In this document: positions 41,807 to 58,323 of the stretch, in pieces
How the letters are laid out: every line of letters begins with the position of its first letter
Position numbering within the stretch: the first letter of the stretch is position 1
Assembly: GCF_009914755.1 (NCBI RefSeq)
Contig: NC_060946.1
From: the human T2T-CHM13v2.0 reference genome, Homo sapiens
DNA: 64,000 nucleotides
Direction: 5' to 3' (one strand)
The notes under the pieces: model-generated
What the model was told of the DNA's origin: nothing
What the model saw: only the letters and a program-made list of their open reading frames with translations
Databases searched by the model: none
Translations under genes and position numbers: made by a program

Positions 41807-42633
41807 GGCCAGGCACAGTGGCTCACGCCTGTAATCCCAGAACTTTGGGAGGCCAAGGTGGGTGGATCATGAGGTCAGGAGTTCAAGACCAGTCTGGCCA
41901 AGATGGTGAAACCATCTCTCTACTAAAAATACAAAAATTAGCCGGGCGTGGTGGCATGCGCCTGTAATCCCAGCTACTAGGGAGGCTCAGGCAGAGAATT
42001 GCTTGAACCTGGGAGGCAGAGGTTGCAGTGAGCCAAGATCGTGCCACTGCACTCCAGCCTGGGCAACAGAGCAAGACTCTGTCTCAAAAAAAACAGGGTG
42101 GGCGCAGTGGTCACACCTGTATTCCCAGCACTTTGGGAGGCTGAGGCGGGTGGATCACGACGTCTGAAGTTAGAGACTAGCCTGACCAACATGGTAAAAC
42201 CCCGTCTCTACTAAAAATACAGGCATGGTGGTGCGTGCCTGTAATTCCAGCTACTCAGGAGGCTGAGGCGGGAGAATCGCTTGAACCTGGAAGGCAGAGG
42301 TTGTAGTGAGCCGAGATCACGCCATTGCACTTCAGCCTGGATGACAGAGGGAGATTCCGTCTCAAAAAAAAAAAAAAAAAAAAGGCTGGGCACAGTGGCT
42401 TGTGCCTGTAATCCCAGCACTTTGGGAGTCCCAGGCGGGTGGATCACGAGGTCAGGAGATTGAGGCCATCCTGGCTAACATGGTGAAATCCCGTCCCTAC
42501 TAAAAAAAATACAAAAAATTAGCTGGGTGTGGTGGCAGGCACCTGTAGTCCCAGCTACTCAGGAGGCTGAGGCAGGAGAATGGCATGAACCCGGGAGGTG
42601 GAGTTGCAGTGAGCTGAAATCGTGCCACTGCAC
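41807..42633 (+). mobile_element. Three head-to-tail sense Alus
   Basis: Each Alu begins right after the previous A tail. Confidence 0.9.
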
Positions 42634-42714
42634 GATTCTACCAAATGTGTTTTTCTCCCCTAAGCTTCAGAACTGTTTGTGAACTGCTTGTGGGACCACT
42701 CTACCTCAACACCT

Positions 42715-43800
42715 GTATCATGGACTGAATGTCTGTGTGTGTGTCCACCCTCTCATCACCCACCGCAAATTCTTATGTTGAAGCCTTAGGCCCCAGTGTG
42801 ACGTTATTTGGAGGTGGGGCCTTTGAGAGGTCTTTAGATTTACTTGAGGCCATGAGGGTGGGGCCCCCATGATGGTATTAGCATTCTTAGAAGAAAAGAA
42901 AGAGACATCAAAGCATCCTCTCTCTGCCAGGTAAAGACACAGTGAGAAGGTGACCCTCGCCAGATACTGTATCTGCCGGCATCTTGGTCTTGGACTTCCC
43001 GGCCCCCAGAACTGTGAGAAATGAATATCTGTGTTCTGGTGTATGACACTGTGTTAGAGCTGCCTGTACTGCCAACCCACACACACTCTGAACTCAGTGA
43101 AACCAGCCCGGCCACGCCTTCCTCTGCCAGGTGTTTCCACTTGCTCAGCTCTCACCCTGCCATCCTCATCTCTGCCTTTAGCCATGGCCAGGGTCCAGTC
43201 TTCACTTTCTGCCTAGTGGGTAATTTGGATGCCAGGTGGGGGTGCCTTGGCCTCTGCATGGACCCAGCTGAGAAGTGCACGAAGTCAACACGCCAGAGCA
43301 GCTTCAGTAATGGGATGGGAAGGATGGGAGAGTGGCTATAGATTCCTATCCCCAGTTGGACGGACAATTTCGGGAGGCGTTTCGAACCCTTCCCCGAAAG
43401 TCCAGGTGGAATCAAACTCCTGTTCCCACAGCACCCACCTCAATAATGTGCCCTTACCCTGGCTTTCCCTCCTCCCCTGGCCCTGTCTCCACTCTTGCTT
43501 CCTAGAACCCCCTCCCAAATAAACTACCTGCACCCAAGTCCCTGCCTTAGACTCTGTTCTCATGGACGCTGCATCAGCTTGCTACGGCTGCCGTAATAAG
43601 CTCCCACAGACCAGGAAGCTTAAACAACAGAAATGTATCCTTTCACAGTTGTGGAGGCTGAAGTCCAGGATCAAAGGTCAGCAGGGTTGGTTCCTTCTGA
43701 GCTTGGAGAGAAGGCTCTGATGTAGGCCTCTCTTCCTGGCTTATGGATGGCATCTCTGTCTTCACACAGTCATCTCACAGCATGTGTTTGTGTCCAATAT
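42715..43800. mobile_element. MaLR (MLT1-type) LTR fragments: about 42715-43040 (+) and about 43570-43800 (-)
   Basis: tggactgaatgt...gttgaagcc...ggggcctttgagagg and gcttaaacaacagaaat...aagtccaggatcaa motifs. Confidence 0.65.
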
Positions 43801-44760
43801 CCCCCTCCCCCCTTTTTTTTTTTTTTTCGAGATGGAGTCTCCAGGCTGGAGTGCAGTGGCGATCTTGGCTCACTGCAACCTCCACCTCTTGGGTTCAAGA
43901 GATTCTCCTGCCTCAGCCTCCAGAGTAGCTGTGATTATAGGTGCCCGGCTAATTTTTGCATTTTTAGTAGAGACAGGGTTTCACCATATAGGTCAGGCTG
44001 GTCTCAAACTCCTGACCTCAGGTGATCCGCTCACCTCAGCCTCCCCAAGTGCTGGGATTATAGGCATGAGCCATTGTGCCAGGTCCCAGGCATATTCTTG
44101 ATCCCTCACTTTCATCAATTCAGTGGCCACATCTTGACGCTTCCACCACCTAAACCTATCCCCAGTCTTTCTGTTTCTCTTTCACTGACATGTCCACAGT
44201 TGCGGCCACCATCCCCTTCCACCTGCATGGCTACAACAGACTGTTTAACTCTTCTCCCCACCATCAGCCCTGCCTGCTCCAGCCTAGCCTCTGTCCTGCA
44301 GCCCATGATGCACTGAAATGCAGACGTGCTCCCAGGACTTGCCCTTGGCTCTGACCACCTGTCTCAACGTTCAGATGTGTGTGCTAAGCTTGGCTGAACA
44401 CACAGTAGGTGAGCGTTAGCCCCATGACAGTCCTGCGATCCGGAATCTGCCGTTGCAGAGACCTGCGATGCTCACCCCTCCAAGGTTCTGGAATAAAGGA
44501 CTCTTGGGGAGAAGCAGATAAAAGGTGCCAGAAGCACTTCCAGGCCTCTGACGACACACTACGGACCATGGTGATGGCCTCACCCAGAGACACCCGCAGT
44601 TTCCTGTTCCCGTCACCTCAGTGAATTCTCTGTCCATCTGGGGTCTCAGCGAAGGGAAAGACTTGTCCGAGATCATGGCCGGTGACCAGCAGACCTGGGA
44701 CCTAAACCCCAGGCATTGCCAGGGGCTGAAGCTCTTTCTTCAGCACAGTGGGGACACCAC

Positions 44761-45122
44761 TGTCTGGCCTCTGAGCTGCAGCTCAGCCATTGTAACCCCT
44801 GTGACCTGCACATATACATCCAGATGGCCTGCAGGTCCATTATGGCTTGTTCCTGCCCTGCCCCAACTGATCGACCTGGTGACCTTCTTCCGGACAATGA
44901 GTATTATGATCTCCCCAACAGGCACCTTGTGACCCCCTCCCCTGCTGACAATAGCTAACCACCTTTCACTGTAACTTTCCACTGCTTACCCCAGTCCTAT
45001 AAAACTGCCCCACCCCTATCTCCCTTGGCTGACTCTTTTTGGACTCAGCCCACTTGCACCCAAGTGAAATAAACAGCCTTGTTGCTCGCACAAAGTCTGT
45101 TGGTGGACGGATGCACTTGACA
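44761..45122 (+). mobile_element. HERV-H (LTR7-family) solo LTR
   Basis: tgtctggcctctgagc...gtgacctgcac...catccagatggcc; TATAAAA at 44998; aaataaacagccttgttgctc; perfect 5-bp TSD accac (44756-44760, 45123-45127). Confidence 0.85.
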
Positions 45123-45154
45123 ACCACCAGAAGGAATGATCAAATGCCCAGGAA

Positions 45155-48100
45155 TTTTCTTTTTTTTAAATCATCTTTAATGTATTTTTAATAATTTTTT
45201 TGCCTCATTTACCAGATAAATCATCTAAATAAATAGATGCTATACAGTCTCTTACCAATGTCAGTACAAAAATAAAACCGCGCTCTACATCCACTCTGAC
45301 TCTCCCAGCACACACACACTCAGCAAAGGCATGTGCTTGGAATCAACTCGTGCCCCCGACCCCTCCCAGATACATTCATTTAGTCTGAACAAAGCTCGAA
45401 GCTCATTCTGTGCAAAGGAAGCGCTCTTGTGCTGAGACCTGGTGGCCGCAGCTGGCCACTTCGAAAGCAAAAGCTAAACCACCTCACAGAAGCACAGCGC
45501 CTGCCCCCAGAACAAGGGGACAGGAGGAGCTTGGCAACGAGGTCATCACCCGAACAGCAGTGACAGTCCTGCATTCCAGGCGGCTGTGCCAGGGGTGGGG
45601 GTACCTCCTCCGCACCCCCCACCACAAAAGGAAAAGTGCCCACGGGTCTCTACATTCAAAGCGGGTGGGGGCTGGGGGAAAGAAAGGCAGATGGGCAAAT
45701 GCTTTCTAAACCCTCCCCCCACCCCCAAGAGTACTGGCCTTTTAAGAGGGCTGCGGGGGTGGAGGTCACTGTCTGCCTTGCTCTACTGGGCCACTCTGGG
45801 CTGGAAGGAGGCCTGCACGGCCACAGCCGTAGGTGACCTCATAGAGGTCACCTGTCCTGGAGGATGGTCCTAACGGCCCACAGCCTTTTCCCCCAGGGAG
45901 CTGGCTCACTACAGCCCATGAGCCACCTGGCTGCCCTGAGCTGGGCACCTCAGGCCCACCTGTCCCAGGTCACACCCCTGGAGTTCAGCTCTCCCTGAGC
46001 CACGGAGTTCCCCATGGGCCATAAAGGGCTGAGTAAGAGGAAAGATGTGTCCTGCTGCTGCAGACAAAAGCAACTGCAGCACCCACACAGAAAGCCCCGT
46101 GAATCCACAGACCCACAGATTGCGCAAATAGTTCTTTGAAAGTGACCAGGAAGCAGGAAAAAGGTCCCATGTCCCCTGGGGGATGGGGAGCTTGACTTCT
46201 GCTGGAAGCTGCCAGCCATGTTCCAAAGTCATGGGCCAAAACATTCAACTAGAGACCCCCCACAACCCTCTATCATCTTTACCTCCACTGGGCACCCCTC
46301 TCCTGGAAGAGTTCCCTCTGAACCCCAAGCTTCCCCTTCCCCTCCACAGGGCTCCACAGCTGGAGATGGGTGGTGATTCCTGCCGCTCCTTGTCCAGACC
46401 CACCCCACGTATTCCTCTAGATTCCATTCCCTGGGCTGGAGGTGAATCAGGTCATCCCGGAGGGGACTGTCCCCCAATGGAAGCACTGAATTGACCGTGG
46501 ACAACTAAAGATCGAGGAGGAAGGAAAGAGAGACTCAGGGATCTGGGAAGCCTGTCAACAGAGCACCCCATGCAGAAAGGGCTGCAGGCTGTCTTTGGTT
46601 TGGGAACCAGGGAAGAAGGGATTTGGGGAAAGAATCACCCTCTCCTTGCCTCAGTAGACTCTGTGACTTCCTGAGGACACAGAGCAGAGCTGCGAGGAGG
46701 GCGGGCAGGTCTCAAACTTGCTGGCCGCACTCCACTCTTGGTGTGTGTTACCCTGACTCTGACAGCCAAGGAAAGACAGGGGAGCCGGCCTTTTCCATGC
46801 TCCCCTTGGGCCCCCCAGTCTGGTTTTGTCTCCCCTACAGGACTGGAAGAGAGGGAGAAGTCACTCCTCACTGGCAGGGAAGCCACGGGCCCCCAGGACA
46901 CCTTGTACAAACCAGAAAACAAGTGCACCTTGCCAGGGGTGGGCTGGGGCAAAGCCTGCCCATCACACAGCACAGCCTGACCTCAGAGAGGCACGGCAGA
47001 GGTCCCTCCACAGGAATACAGCTCAGCCCCAGCTGTGGCATTTAGGTTGGATGGGGAGGGGATGCAGAATGGAAGGAGGAAGGGGCTTAGGAGTCAAGGG
47101 CTGCCCTGAGAACGTGGTGGGACACTCCCTCCCTCCCTGACTGCCCACACCTGGGTTGGCTGAGTTGGAGGGGAGGGCAGAAAAAGAGGGGAATTGGAAG
47201 GGCTGAAAAGTCACCTGAGTCAGAAAGAACAAGAACCCCTCACGGGAGGAAGGACAGGGTCCAGACGTCTCAAAGCCTGTGCTGATACATCACACAACTT
47301 AGCAGACGCCTGCACACCCGCAGCCTGGCCCGGTGCAGCCGAGAAACCACATCTGTATGCCTGGAGCATGGGGTGCCATCGCACCTGTGCCAGACCCCTG
47401 CCCTCCGCTGAAAGCCGCAAGCAGGTAGCAAGGTGCATGCAAGGTGGGGTGAGTGCAGGTGTGGTGGTGAGGTCTTTTGTGCTGTGAATCACCCCACGTT
47501 CGCCTGGCCAGGGTTTCTAACCCAGGTTCGCAAGGCCCATGTGGACACGTCTGCAGCCACACATGCTTTCACGGGGCACATGGGAACGTACACGCGAAGG
47601 GTAATGCGTGCACACCTGTGCAGCCAGGTGTGCATGAGCGTTTCTGCACAGGCCAGGTGATGAGGGGAGGGCAGAGCTCTCAGCAGAAGGGTCTCAGCGG
47701 CGCCTCCTCCCTGGGAAGGATAGAAGCCTCTCTGAAGGGGAAGGGACTCGCCCCAAGTAACCTCAACCCTTCCTCCTGCCCCTTCCTCCCGCCCCACTCA
47801 CTTTTGGTCAAAACCAGCCTCCACAGCCCACCGCAAAGCCAGAGAGGAGAGTTCAAGGTAAAGACCCAATTGAAACAAGAGAAAAGGGGAAAACCAGCCA
47901 ACCAGGCTGGGGTGGCCACTCAAGGGAGAGGGTTTGGGCCTTCCAATGCTCCTTTAACTCCCAGAACCAGCTGCTGCGTCACTAGAGGAGAATGATAATG
48001 GTGGTGTCCCGGGCAGGTGATCCTGTCCCCATCCTGCCCTGGGGGTGGTACCCCAACTCCCAGAGCAACTCTCTCCATCCCCAGCCTGAGGCCTCGTGGT

Positions 48101-48273
48101 AAACGTCCCTCAGAGAAAGGGCAGGTGGTGGGAGAGTAGTGGGATCTTCTCCCCTTTTGCTGCTCGGTATTTTTTTAAATAAAATAATTACCCCGCCCCC
48201 AACCCATCCCTATCTCTGGAAGTCCCACCCCAAGCCCAAAAGAAAACAGTTTAAGAAGAGTAAAAACGGTGAT
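45155..48273 (-). other. CBX7: CBX7 3' UTR (about 3.1 kb); ATTAAA signals at 45176-45181 and 45187-45192
   Basis: Repeat-free stretch after the stop, ending in an AT-rich block with poly(A) hexamers. End approximate. Confidence 0.75.
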
Positions 48274-48431
48274 TCAGAACTTCCCACTGCGGTCTCGGAA
48301 GAAGCCCTCAGCTGCCTGGGCCTCGCGGAAGGTGACGGTGATGGAGTTGGCGGTGATGTCGGTCACGGTCACCTCACTTGAGGGGAGCGCAGGTGTCCAG
48401 GGAGGGGGCCCCTCGGCCAGGTCGGCATCTG
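48274..48431 (-). CDS. CBX7: CBX7 exon 6 coding part (Pc/C-box)
   Basis: ctgcag|CA GAT GCC...; ADADLAEGPPPWTPALPSSEVTVTDITANSITVTFREAQAAEGFFRDRSGKF-stop. Confidence 0.97.
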
Positions 48432-48783
48432 CTGCAGCGTCAGACACACAGATGGGGGCAGCGTTGACAAGGTGGGAAGCCATGCAGACCACCCAACCCG
48501 ACCCCAACTACAGCTCCTCCTCTCTGTGTCTTCAGTCAGCTCAGGGCCTCACACAGGGCTGGACACTTGGGAGGAGGGCACTGGGTGCATCCTCCCCACC
48601 TAGACAAGAGCTCAGCCAGAGCGGGACGACAGGAGGAGCCCTGGGCTAGTGTTGGGCCCTGAGCCCAGACCCGACTGGCCCCACAAAGCACTACAGGCCC
48701 TCTTTGGACATTGAACCAGCTGGACCTTATGACCCATAGGGCCCTTTCCAGCTCTGAGGGTCTCTGGGCTGGGGCCGCCTTAC

Positions 48784-49135
48784 CCTCCTCTTCAGGGGGC
48801 TGCGCAGCAGGCTCCCACTCGCCAGCCGCCTGCAGGACGTCTGGGGCCGGTGGCTCCTGCAGGAAGAGCTCCCGTCGATGGCTGTGGCTCTCCAGGTTGG
48901 GCCCGCGGGGCGGGAACTTCTTGCGCGAGAGCCGCAGGTACTTGTGGGCCTTTCGGGGCTTGCGGAGCGGGAAGGGCAGGGTGGGCACCAAGGGGCCCTT
49001 GTCCACCAGCTCAGGTGCCCCCGCCTTGACCACCCCCTCAGGGCTCCCGCTGCCGAGTGGGCACGTCAGGGAGAAGCAGAGCTTCTCCTTGCCCTTGGCC
49101 TTGTGGGAGCTCCGCAGGTCCATGCTGTACAGCCG
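48784..49135 (-). CDS. CBX7: CBX7 exon 5 (R83-E199)
   Basis: ccgcag|CGG CTG TAC...GAG G|gtaagg; 352 nt, phases consistent with neighbouring exons. Confidence 0.96.
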
Positions 49136-50231
49136 CTGCGGGGGCAAGCCAGGGCAGCGCGGGTCAGCCCCACCCTCCCACCCGCCACACCTTTGCTCAT
49201 GCTGTTCCTCCCACCCGGAATGCCCTTCCCATGCCACGTCTACCCACTCAACTCCTTCCCATGCCACGGCTGGCCATCACCCCACCCCACCCCAGCCCAG
49301 AGAGTGCGCCCCGGGCAACCCCAGGGTCGGCCAGCTCAGCCCTGCCTCTGGGCCCCACAGAGCACTCGCGTCCCAGCGTTTACTCCTTTGATACCCAGCA
49401 GAGAAGCATACAAGAAGGACAAACTGAAAACTGGCCAAGAGAAACAAATCTGGATGCATTAAAGAGTTAGCCTTCGTTTTAGGAAAGGCATCTTTGCTTG
49501 CCAGAGCACCTCCAAAACTGACACTGCCAGCTCACCCGGGAGATGGTGCAGGCAGAGGGCCAAGGTGTGCTCTTGGAGTTGCTTGGGGCAAAGCCAGGCC
49601 AGCAGCACACACAGCCCCGGATGCCCATGCTATCCAGCCAAAGGGACAGGGCTCCACCTGGCCTGCAGATGCACCCCGACCCCTCCAGGGGGCTCCTGGG
49701 CTCTGTGATTGCAGCCCGCTCTGCTGATTGCCCGCGACACATCTGGAGCTGGAGGGCAAGTCTGTCCACCCCTGGAGTTTGTAATGTCGGGATTTATCTT
49801 ATTTACTTGGGGAGAATTTACATGAATCTACAAAAGATTCATGGTGCCAAGATGTTGGGAGACTCTGGATCACTGGGACAGTACCTTCTCCTGCCACCTG
49901 CTACCAGAGGTCAGGAGCTCCCAGGAAGATAGTGCAGCCATCAGATGGGACCTGTGAGGTCAAACACCTCCAAGCTGAGGGAAGGGATGACACACGCAGG
50001 TCCCACTCACAGTCGTGCCTGTTAACGGCATCACATGTCCCCAGGTGCCGGCTGCTGCAGTGATGGGAGGAGGGCTAAACTGGGAGGGGACTGGGAAAAT
50101 ACTGCAGTGGCTGGGAGGCACATCTGGTAGGCAGCTGACTCAAAACCCACTCCTCCCAGCGGGCTCACAGGCCATCAGAAGCCTAGTATGGGCCAGGCAC
50201 AGTGGCTCACGCCTGTAATCCCAACACTTTA

Positions 50232-50510
<279 letters not shown>

Positions 50511-51505
50511 CTACCATTCTGCAAGGCAGGGTCTTCTACGTCCTTGGCAACCTCATCACGAGAGAACTACAGCTACTAAAGGGACGCGGGTGCCAACAGT
50601 CAGGTCCTGGGTAAGCTACCGGCCTCCCTGGGCCTCAGTTTCTTTCTCAGCGAAACAATGAAGAGACTGTAGGAGCCAGCCTCCGAGGAGGGCCCCAACC
50701 ACACCCACCTCCTGGAATTCACACCTATGCGCCGTCCATTCCCACACCCAGTGCTGTGTTGTGTGACTTCCCAGGCTAGGGCATAAAAGACACTGTGCCT
50801 TCTTCCCTGCTCTCTCTCTCAGGTCACCCACTCTGGGAAGCTGGTGGCTGCACTGTAAGGACACTCAAGCAACCCTCTGGAGAGGTCCACATGGTGAGGA
50901 CCAGTCCCTGTCAACGTCCAGCCCTGACTCGCTGGCACGTGAGCAGCCCCCTCGGAGGCAGATCCCGCAGCCCTGGTCGAGCCTGCAGATGACTGCAGCC
51001 CAGCCAACACCTTGACTGCAGCCCAGACTAGAACCACTGAAGAACCAGCTAGCACAATTCCAAATTCCTGACCCCCAGAAGCCATGTGAAATAATCAATG
51101 TTTATTGCTTTGAGTTGCCATGTTAGAGGGGAAGAGATAACGAACACACCTGCCCTGTAGGCTTAGTATGTGGATGGAGTATATTCATCTGTGAGGCACA
51201 CTGGGCAGACAGCCTGGCACACAGACGTCCGGGAGATGTTACTTCCCTTCCTAGGCTCAATTCATGCCAAACCCAATGGAACATGCCCACTGCATGAAGG
51301 GAGGCCCACCCCCTCTGGCGAAAGCCTCCATGGGTTTTAATCAGGAGTGGCCAAGGACGCTTGACATGGACCACATACAAGTGGACCAAGAATCCTGACT
51401 TTCTGGCTTCCAATATCCTGCCTGGTGGGTCTTATTACATTAAGGAGAGCGGGTATTCTCTTCATACCCATTTTACAGGTGAAGAGGCTTACCTACAACC
51501 ACACA

Positions 51506-52066
<561 letters not shown>

Positions 52067-52301
52067 TGACTGCACTGCTCCAAGATCCACGTCCCTGTCA
52101 CTGCAAAGCACTGAGGTCAGGAAAGGCCCCCAAGACCTACGACGTGGGTACTCCGGGATGCTGCAGAGACTTGGGTCCCCAACTGACTGAAGGCTGGAAC
52201 AGGAGGCCCACTCAAAAATGACACACTTCTAGGGGTCTGACATTCCAAGGCTGTAGTTCTACAATTCTAAGATTCTGTTTCTGGCTGGGCGCGGTGGCTC
52301 A

Positions 52302-52595
<294 letters not shown>

Positions 52596-53017
52596 TTAGA
52601 TTCTGAAACTCCAGCCTCTCATGTTTCCTCAATTCTCAAGTTTATGTTTCTGAGATTCTCAGTGATAATTTTGTGTTTAGGGATTCTGAGCATCGAAAGG
52701 CTCAAAGCTTTCAGGGCTTCCTTACAGCAAGATTCTAAGCTTTGAGAATTCTAGGATTCCACTGGCCATATGCCTACTCCCCCTCCCAGGTGGCACCGCC
52801 CACCCAGGCTGTCTTCCCCGGGCACCAGCCCCACACGCAGGCTTTTCCCAATTCCTCCCATCAAAACTTACCCAAGTGCCCCACCCCACAGTGCCCTGGG
52901 TGGTACAGGCGAGGGGACACAGATCAGCTCAATCAGCCAGTGCAAATGCACCAAGGGGCAGAGGGGGACTTGGGGTTGGGCAGGGGGAGAAAGGAGGCAC
53001 AAAGGCAGGCTGGTTAC

Positions 53018-53084
53018 CTGCAGCAGAAGCCGCTTGGGTTTCGGACCTCTCTTCCTATACCCCGATGCTCGGTCTCTCTCCTCC
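53018..53084 (-). CDS. CBX7: CBX7 exon 4 (AT-hook-like RKRGPKPK)
   Basis: ccccag|G GAG GAG AGA...CTG CAG|gtaacc; 67 nt; EERDRASGYRKRGPKPKRLLLQ. Confidence 0.97.
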
Positions 53085-53921
53085 CTGGGGTGTGAAGCAG
53101 GTGGCAGAAGAAAAGGAAACACTGGTGACATCTAAGGGAAGGGAAGGCATCCGCTTCGCCCGCCCTCTGCTGTCTGTCAGGGAGGGGACACTCCCCACAG
53201 GCCTGCCCACCAATCCTCCCCATTGCCTGGCTGGGGCCATAACAACGGGGTCAGATGTTCAACTCCCAGGGCCAAGGTCTTCCCATCTGACAAACGTGGA
53301 GGGCAACTGCTGAGGGGGGACTTGCAGCATCTCCAAAAACAGTGGGTCCTTAAGGGGCTCCAGGGCCATGTGCGGGCTCTGCTCTACGTGCTCCTAAGGA
53401 CCCCCTAAAAACGTGGCTCAGTTTTTCCTCCTAGGGGAGTGATACAGAAGCCTGTCAATCCAATTTACCTTGAATGTCCCAGGAGAGCTGATGGGAATGG
53501 CTAGTCCCTCTGCAAGTAAAGCTCTGCACAGACTCCCCCGAATTTGGGATCTCTGTGAACCTGGGAGAGCGGACCGGCTCCTACCCTGTCTGTCCCATCT
53601 TGTCGGGGGACAGGATGAAAACCAGCCTGTTCTGAGTGCCCAGCAGATGCCTTCCCATGTATCAAAAACACAAAGCACAACTCAGGCCGGGTGCGGTGGC
53701 TCACGCCTGTAATCCCAGCAGTTTGGGAGGCTGAGGTGGGTGGATCACTTAAGCTCAGGAGTTTGAGACCAGCCTGGGTGACATGGCAAAACCCCATTTA
53801 CCAGCCAGGCACGGTGGCTCACGCCCGTAATCCCAGCACTTTGGGAGGCTGAGGCGGGCAGATTACAAGGTCAGGAGATCGAGACCATCCAGGCTAACAC
53901 AGTGAAACCCTGTCTCTACTA

Positions 53922-54350
<429 letters not shown>

Positions 54351-55753
54351 CTACACATGACACATAAGACAACACAACCAGAGACTCCAAACAACTGCCA
54401 AAAGTAATGAGGAGATTCAGTCATTTCATCCTGCCTCCCACTTCAGTTCTTTCCATCCACACTCTCTGCAGCCCCCAGTACAGAGGTCACGTGGACAACA
54501 GAAAGAATGTGGAGGCCTCGTGTGACCTTGGGCCAGGCTCTTACTCTGAGCTTAGCACATACCAATGAACCCCACGGCACCTATTGCAAATGTCTGACCA
54601 TCCACTGAGCATCCATCCCCAGCAGGACACCAACGGACCAAAGGGAAAGTGTCCCTGGTGGAGGACTAGAATCCGGGCCTTTGATACCTGTCCACTGCTC
54701 TCCTTACCACGCTCCATGGGATTCCCAAGTGTCGCACCCTGTTGGACCAAGGCCCCACCACACACCTGGGAGGCAGAAAGAAACCCTGGGATGGGGACAC
54801 CCTGATTTTAAAAGGAAAGAACAATAAAATTTGTCTTTTGAATCCATGGCAGGAAATCTCCTGGAGAAGGAGCCAGAAGAACCCAGCAGCGAGGGGCAGT
54901 GGAAAAGCCCCCACCTGGAGGTGGCAGCCCTGGCCAGGTCCTTGCTCTGAGGCTCCAGGTAAGAGCCTCAGTTTCCTTCTCTGTCAAACAAAACCCTCAT
55001 TCCTGCCTCAGGAGGTTGCCATAGGGGCCAAATACAAATGATTTTGTGAAATGGTCCCAAGCCGCACAAGGCAGGCGGGCTGGGAGAGGCAGGGGACCTG
55101 GGCTGCCTGCTGGTGGGGGGGGCGGCCAGAGAGGGCACACAGAACTGTTAGGGTGTGCCCAGCTTCCCTGAGGGGCCCTGGCAGAGGTGGGAGACTGTGC
55201 CTGGGCCACTTGGACAGGAGGTGGCAGGGGGACAGGCCAGAACTCAGAAATCCCAGCCCCAAAGCCCACGCTCCTGCCCAGCCTTCCTTGAGCTTCGTCA
55301 GACACTCCTTCCTGCCCTAAGAGGTCCTCTAGAGACACCGTCTCTGATCTGTCACCCCCGCACAACTGGCAGTGCCGCCTCCTAGCACACAGGGCATCTT
55401 TGTGAAGCATTTTAACATTCTTCACTGGAACAGAAACCTCTTACGGCCCCTCTGAGGTTTCACCCTGGGAAATGGGTGTACTCTTCAGGGTGGCCCATTT
55501 GACAGCAGAGAGACTGAGGCCCGGGTGGGTAAAGGAAGTGACCGAGATCACCCAACAACAGGAAAGGGCCCCAGGGTCCTCAGCTGCCCTGGGACTCAGT
55601 GCCCACCATTTTCACCCAGCTGCAGGCTGGGCTGGCCTGCCCCATCGGACACCCCTGCCCTGCCCCAACAACCCCTGCCAAGCCAGCAGCAGGCTCCTGG
55701 GAAGCCTCTGAGCCGGCCCTAAGCCCCACCCGGCGGTGCCGAGGACACCGTAC

Positions 55754-55819
55754 TTCTCCTCGTAGGCCATGACGAGGCGGGGGTCCAAGATGTGCTCTTC
55801 TGGCTCCCACGTGCTGTAC
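55754..55819 (-). CDS. CBX7: CBX7 exon 3 (C-terminal half of the chromodomain); exons 1-2 lie beyond the window
   Basis: ccccag|G TAC AGC ACG TGG GAG...GAG AA|gtacgg; [21 protein letters not shown]. Confidence 0.97.
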
Positions 55820-55930
55820 CTGGGGAGAGGAATGAAAGGTCAGAGTTGGGGCTGGGCGCGGTGGCTCATGCCTGTAATCCCAGCACTTTGGGAGGCCGAG
55901 GCGGGCAAATCACCTGAGGTCAGGAGTTCA

Positions 55931-56254
<324 letters not shown>

Positions 56255-57148
56255 CTACTTCAAGGACAGACCCAGCCTGGGCCTCCTGAGGGCTCCAGCA
56301 ACACCAGAGCTGTCCTGGTTCATATCACTCTACAATGTGACTGGGTCCAACTCCTTGTTAGACTCCACAATCACTAGAGACCCTCGGGTGCCAGGAGGAG
56401 AGAGGGCGCCTGTAAGCCCCACACCAGGCAAGAGAGGATGAAAAGGAGCCAGGGCTCTGGGGACAGGCTCACGGCCTGGGTTCAAGTCCATCTCTGCCCC
56501 TAGCTAGCTGTGCGACCTTGAGCAACTTCCTGAACAGCTCTGTGCCTCAATGTCCCCCTCTGTAAAGGACTCTTGTGCTGATGAGATGTGTCTTCCAAGT
56601 GTTTAGAGGGTGTTACAAGAGTAACAGCGTGCCTGATGTGTCGTCAGCGCACTGTGTTTGCTGCTGTTGCTGTTCCTCCCCGCCCTCCAAACCCCATCCC
56701 CATCCCCAGCATAGTCTCCCTCTTCAGTGCACCCCACCCAGGCCACAGCCAGGTCTGAAGTTCCCTTGTCTCTGGGCCTGGTACACAGCAGGTATTTGGT
56801 AAATGTCTAGCGGCTGAATGGTTCAGCAGGCCTAGCGCAGGCCCCCGGGTAATGCTACAGGGTATCTTCTACCCTCGCCACCCAGCCAGGGAGCACCCTC
56901 CTGCTGGGGCAGACCCTGTGATGTCAGCGCAGCGGCTCCAGAGCTCACCTATCTGTGGAACCACCGTGGTGACACCCACCACACCCTCGTTCCACTAGCA
57001 CTCCTGTTTACTTCGTATCTGCCTTTAGAGGAGCTTTTTTGGTTTAAATTATTTTAAAAGCAAACTATGACTTCCATAAATGGAAAAACCAGTATCACTC
57101 ACCATCGACGCAAACATAAAAACTTTTCCATTAAAAACAATATATGTA

Positions 57149-58323
<1,175 letters not shown>

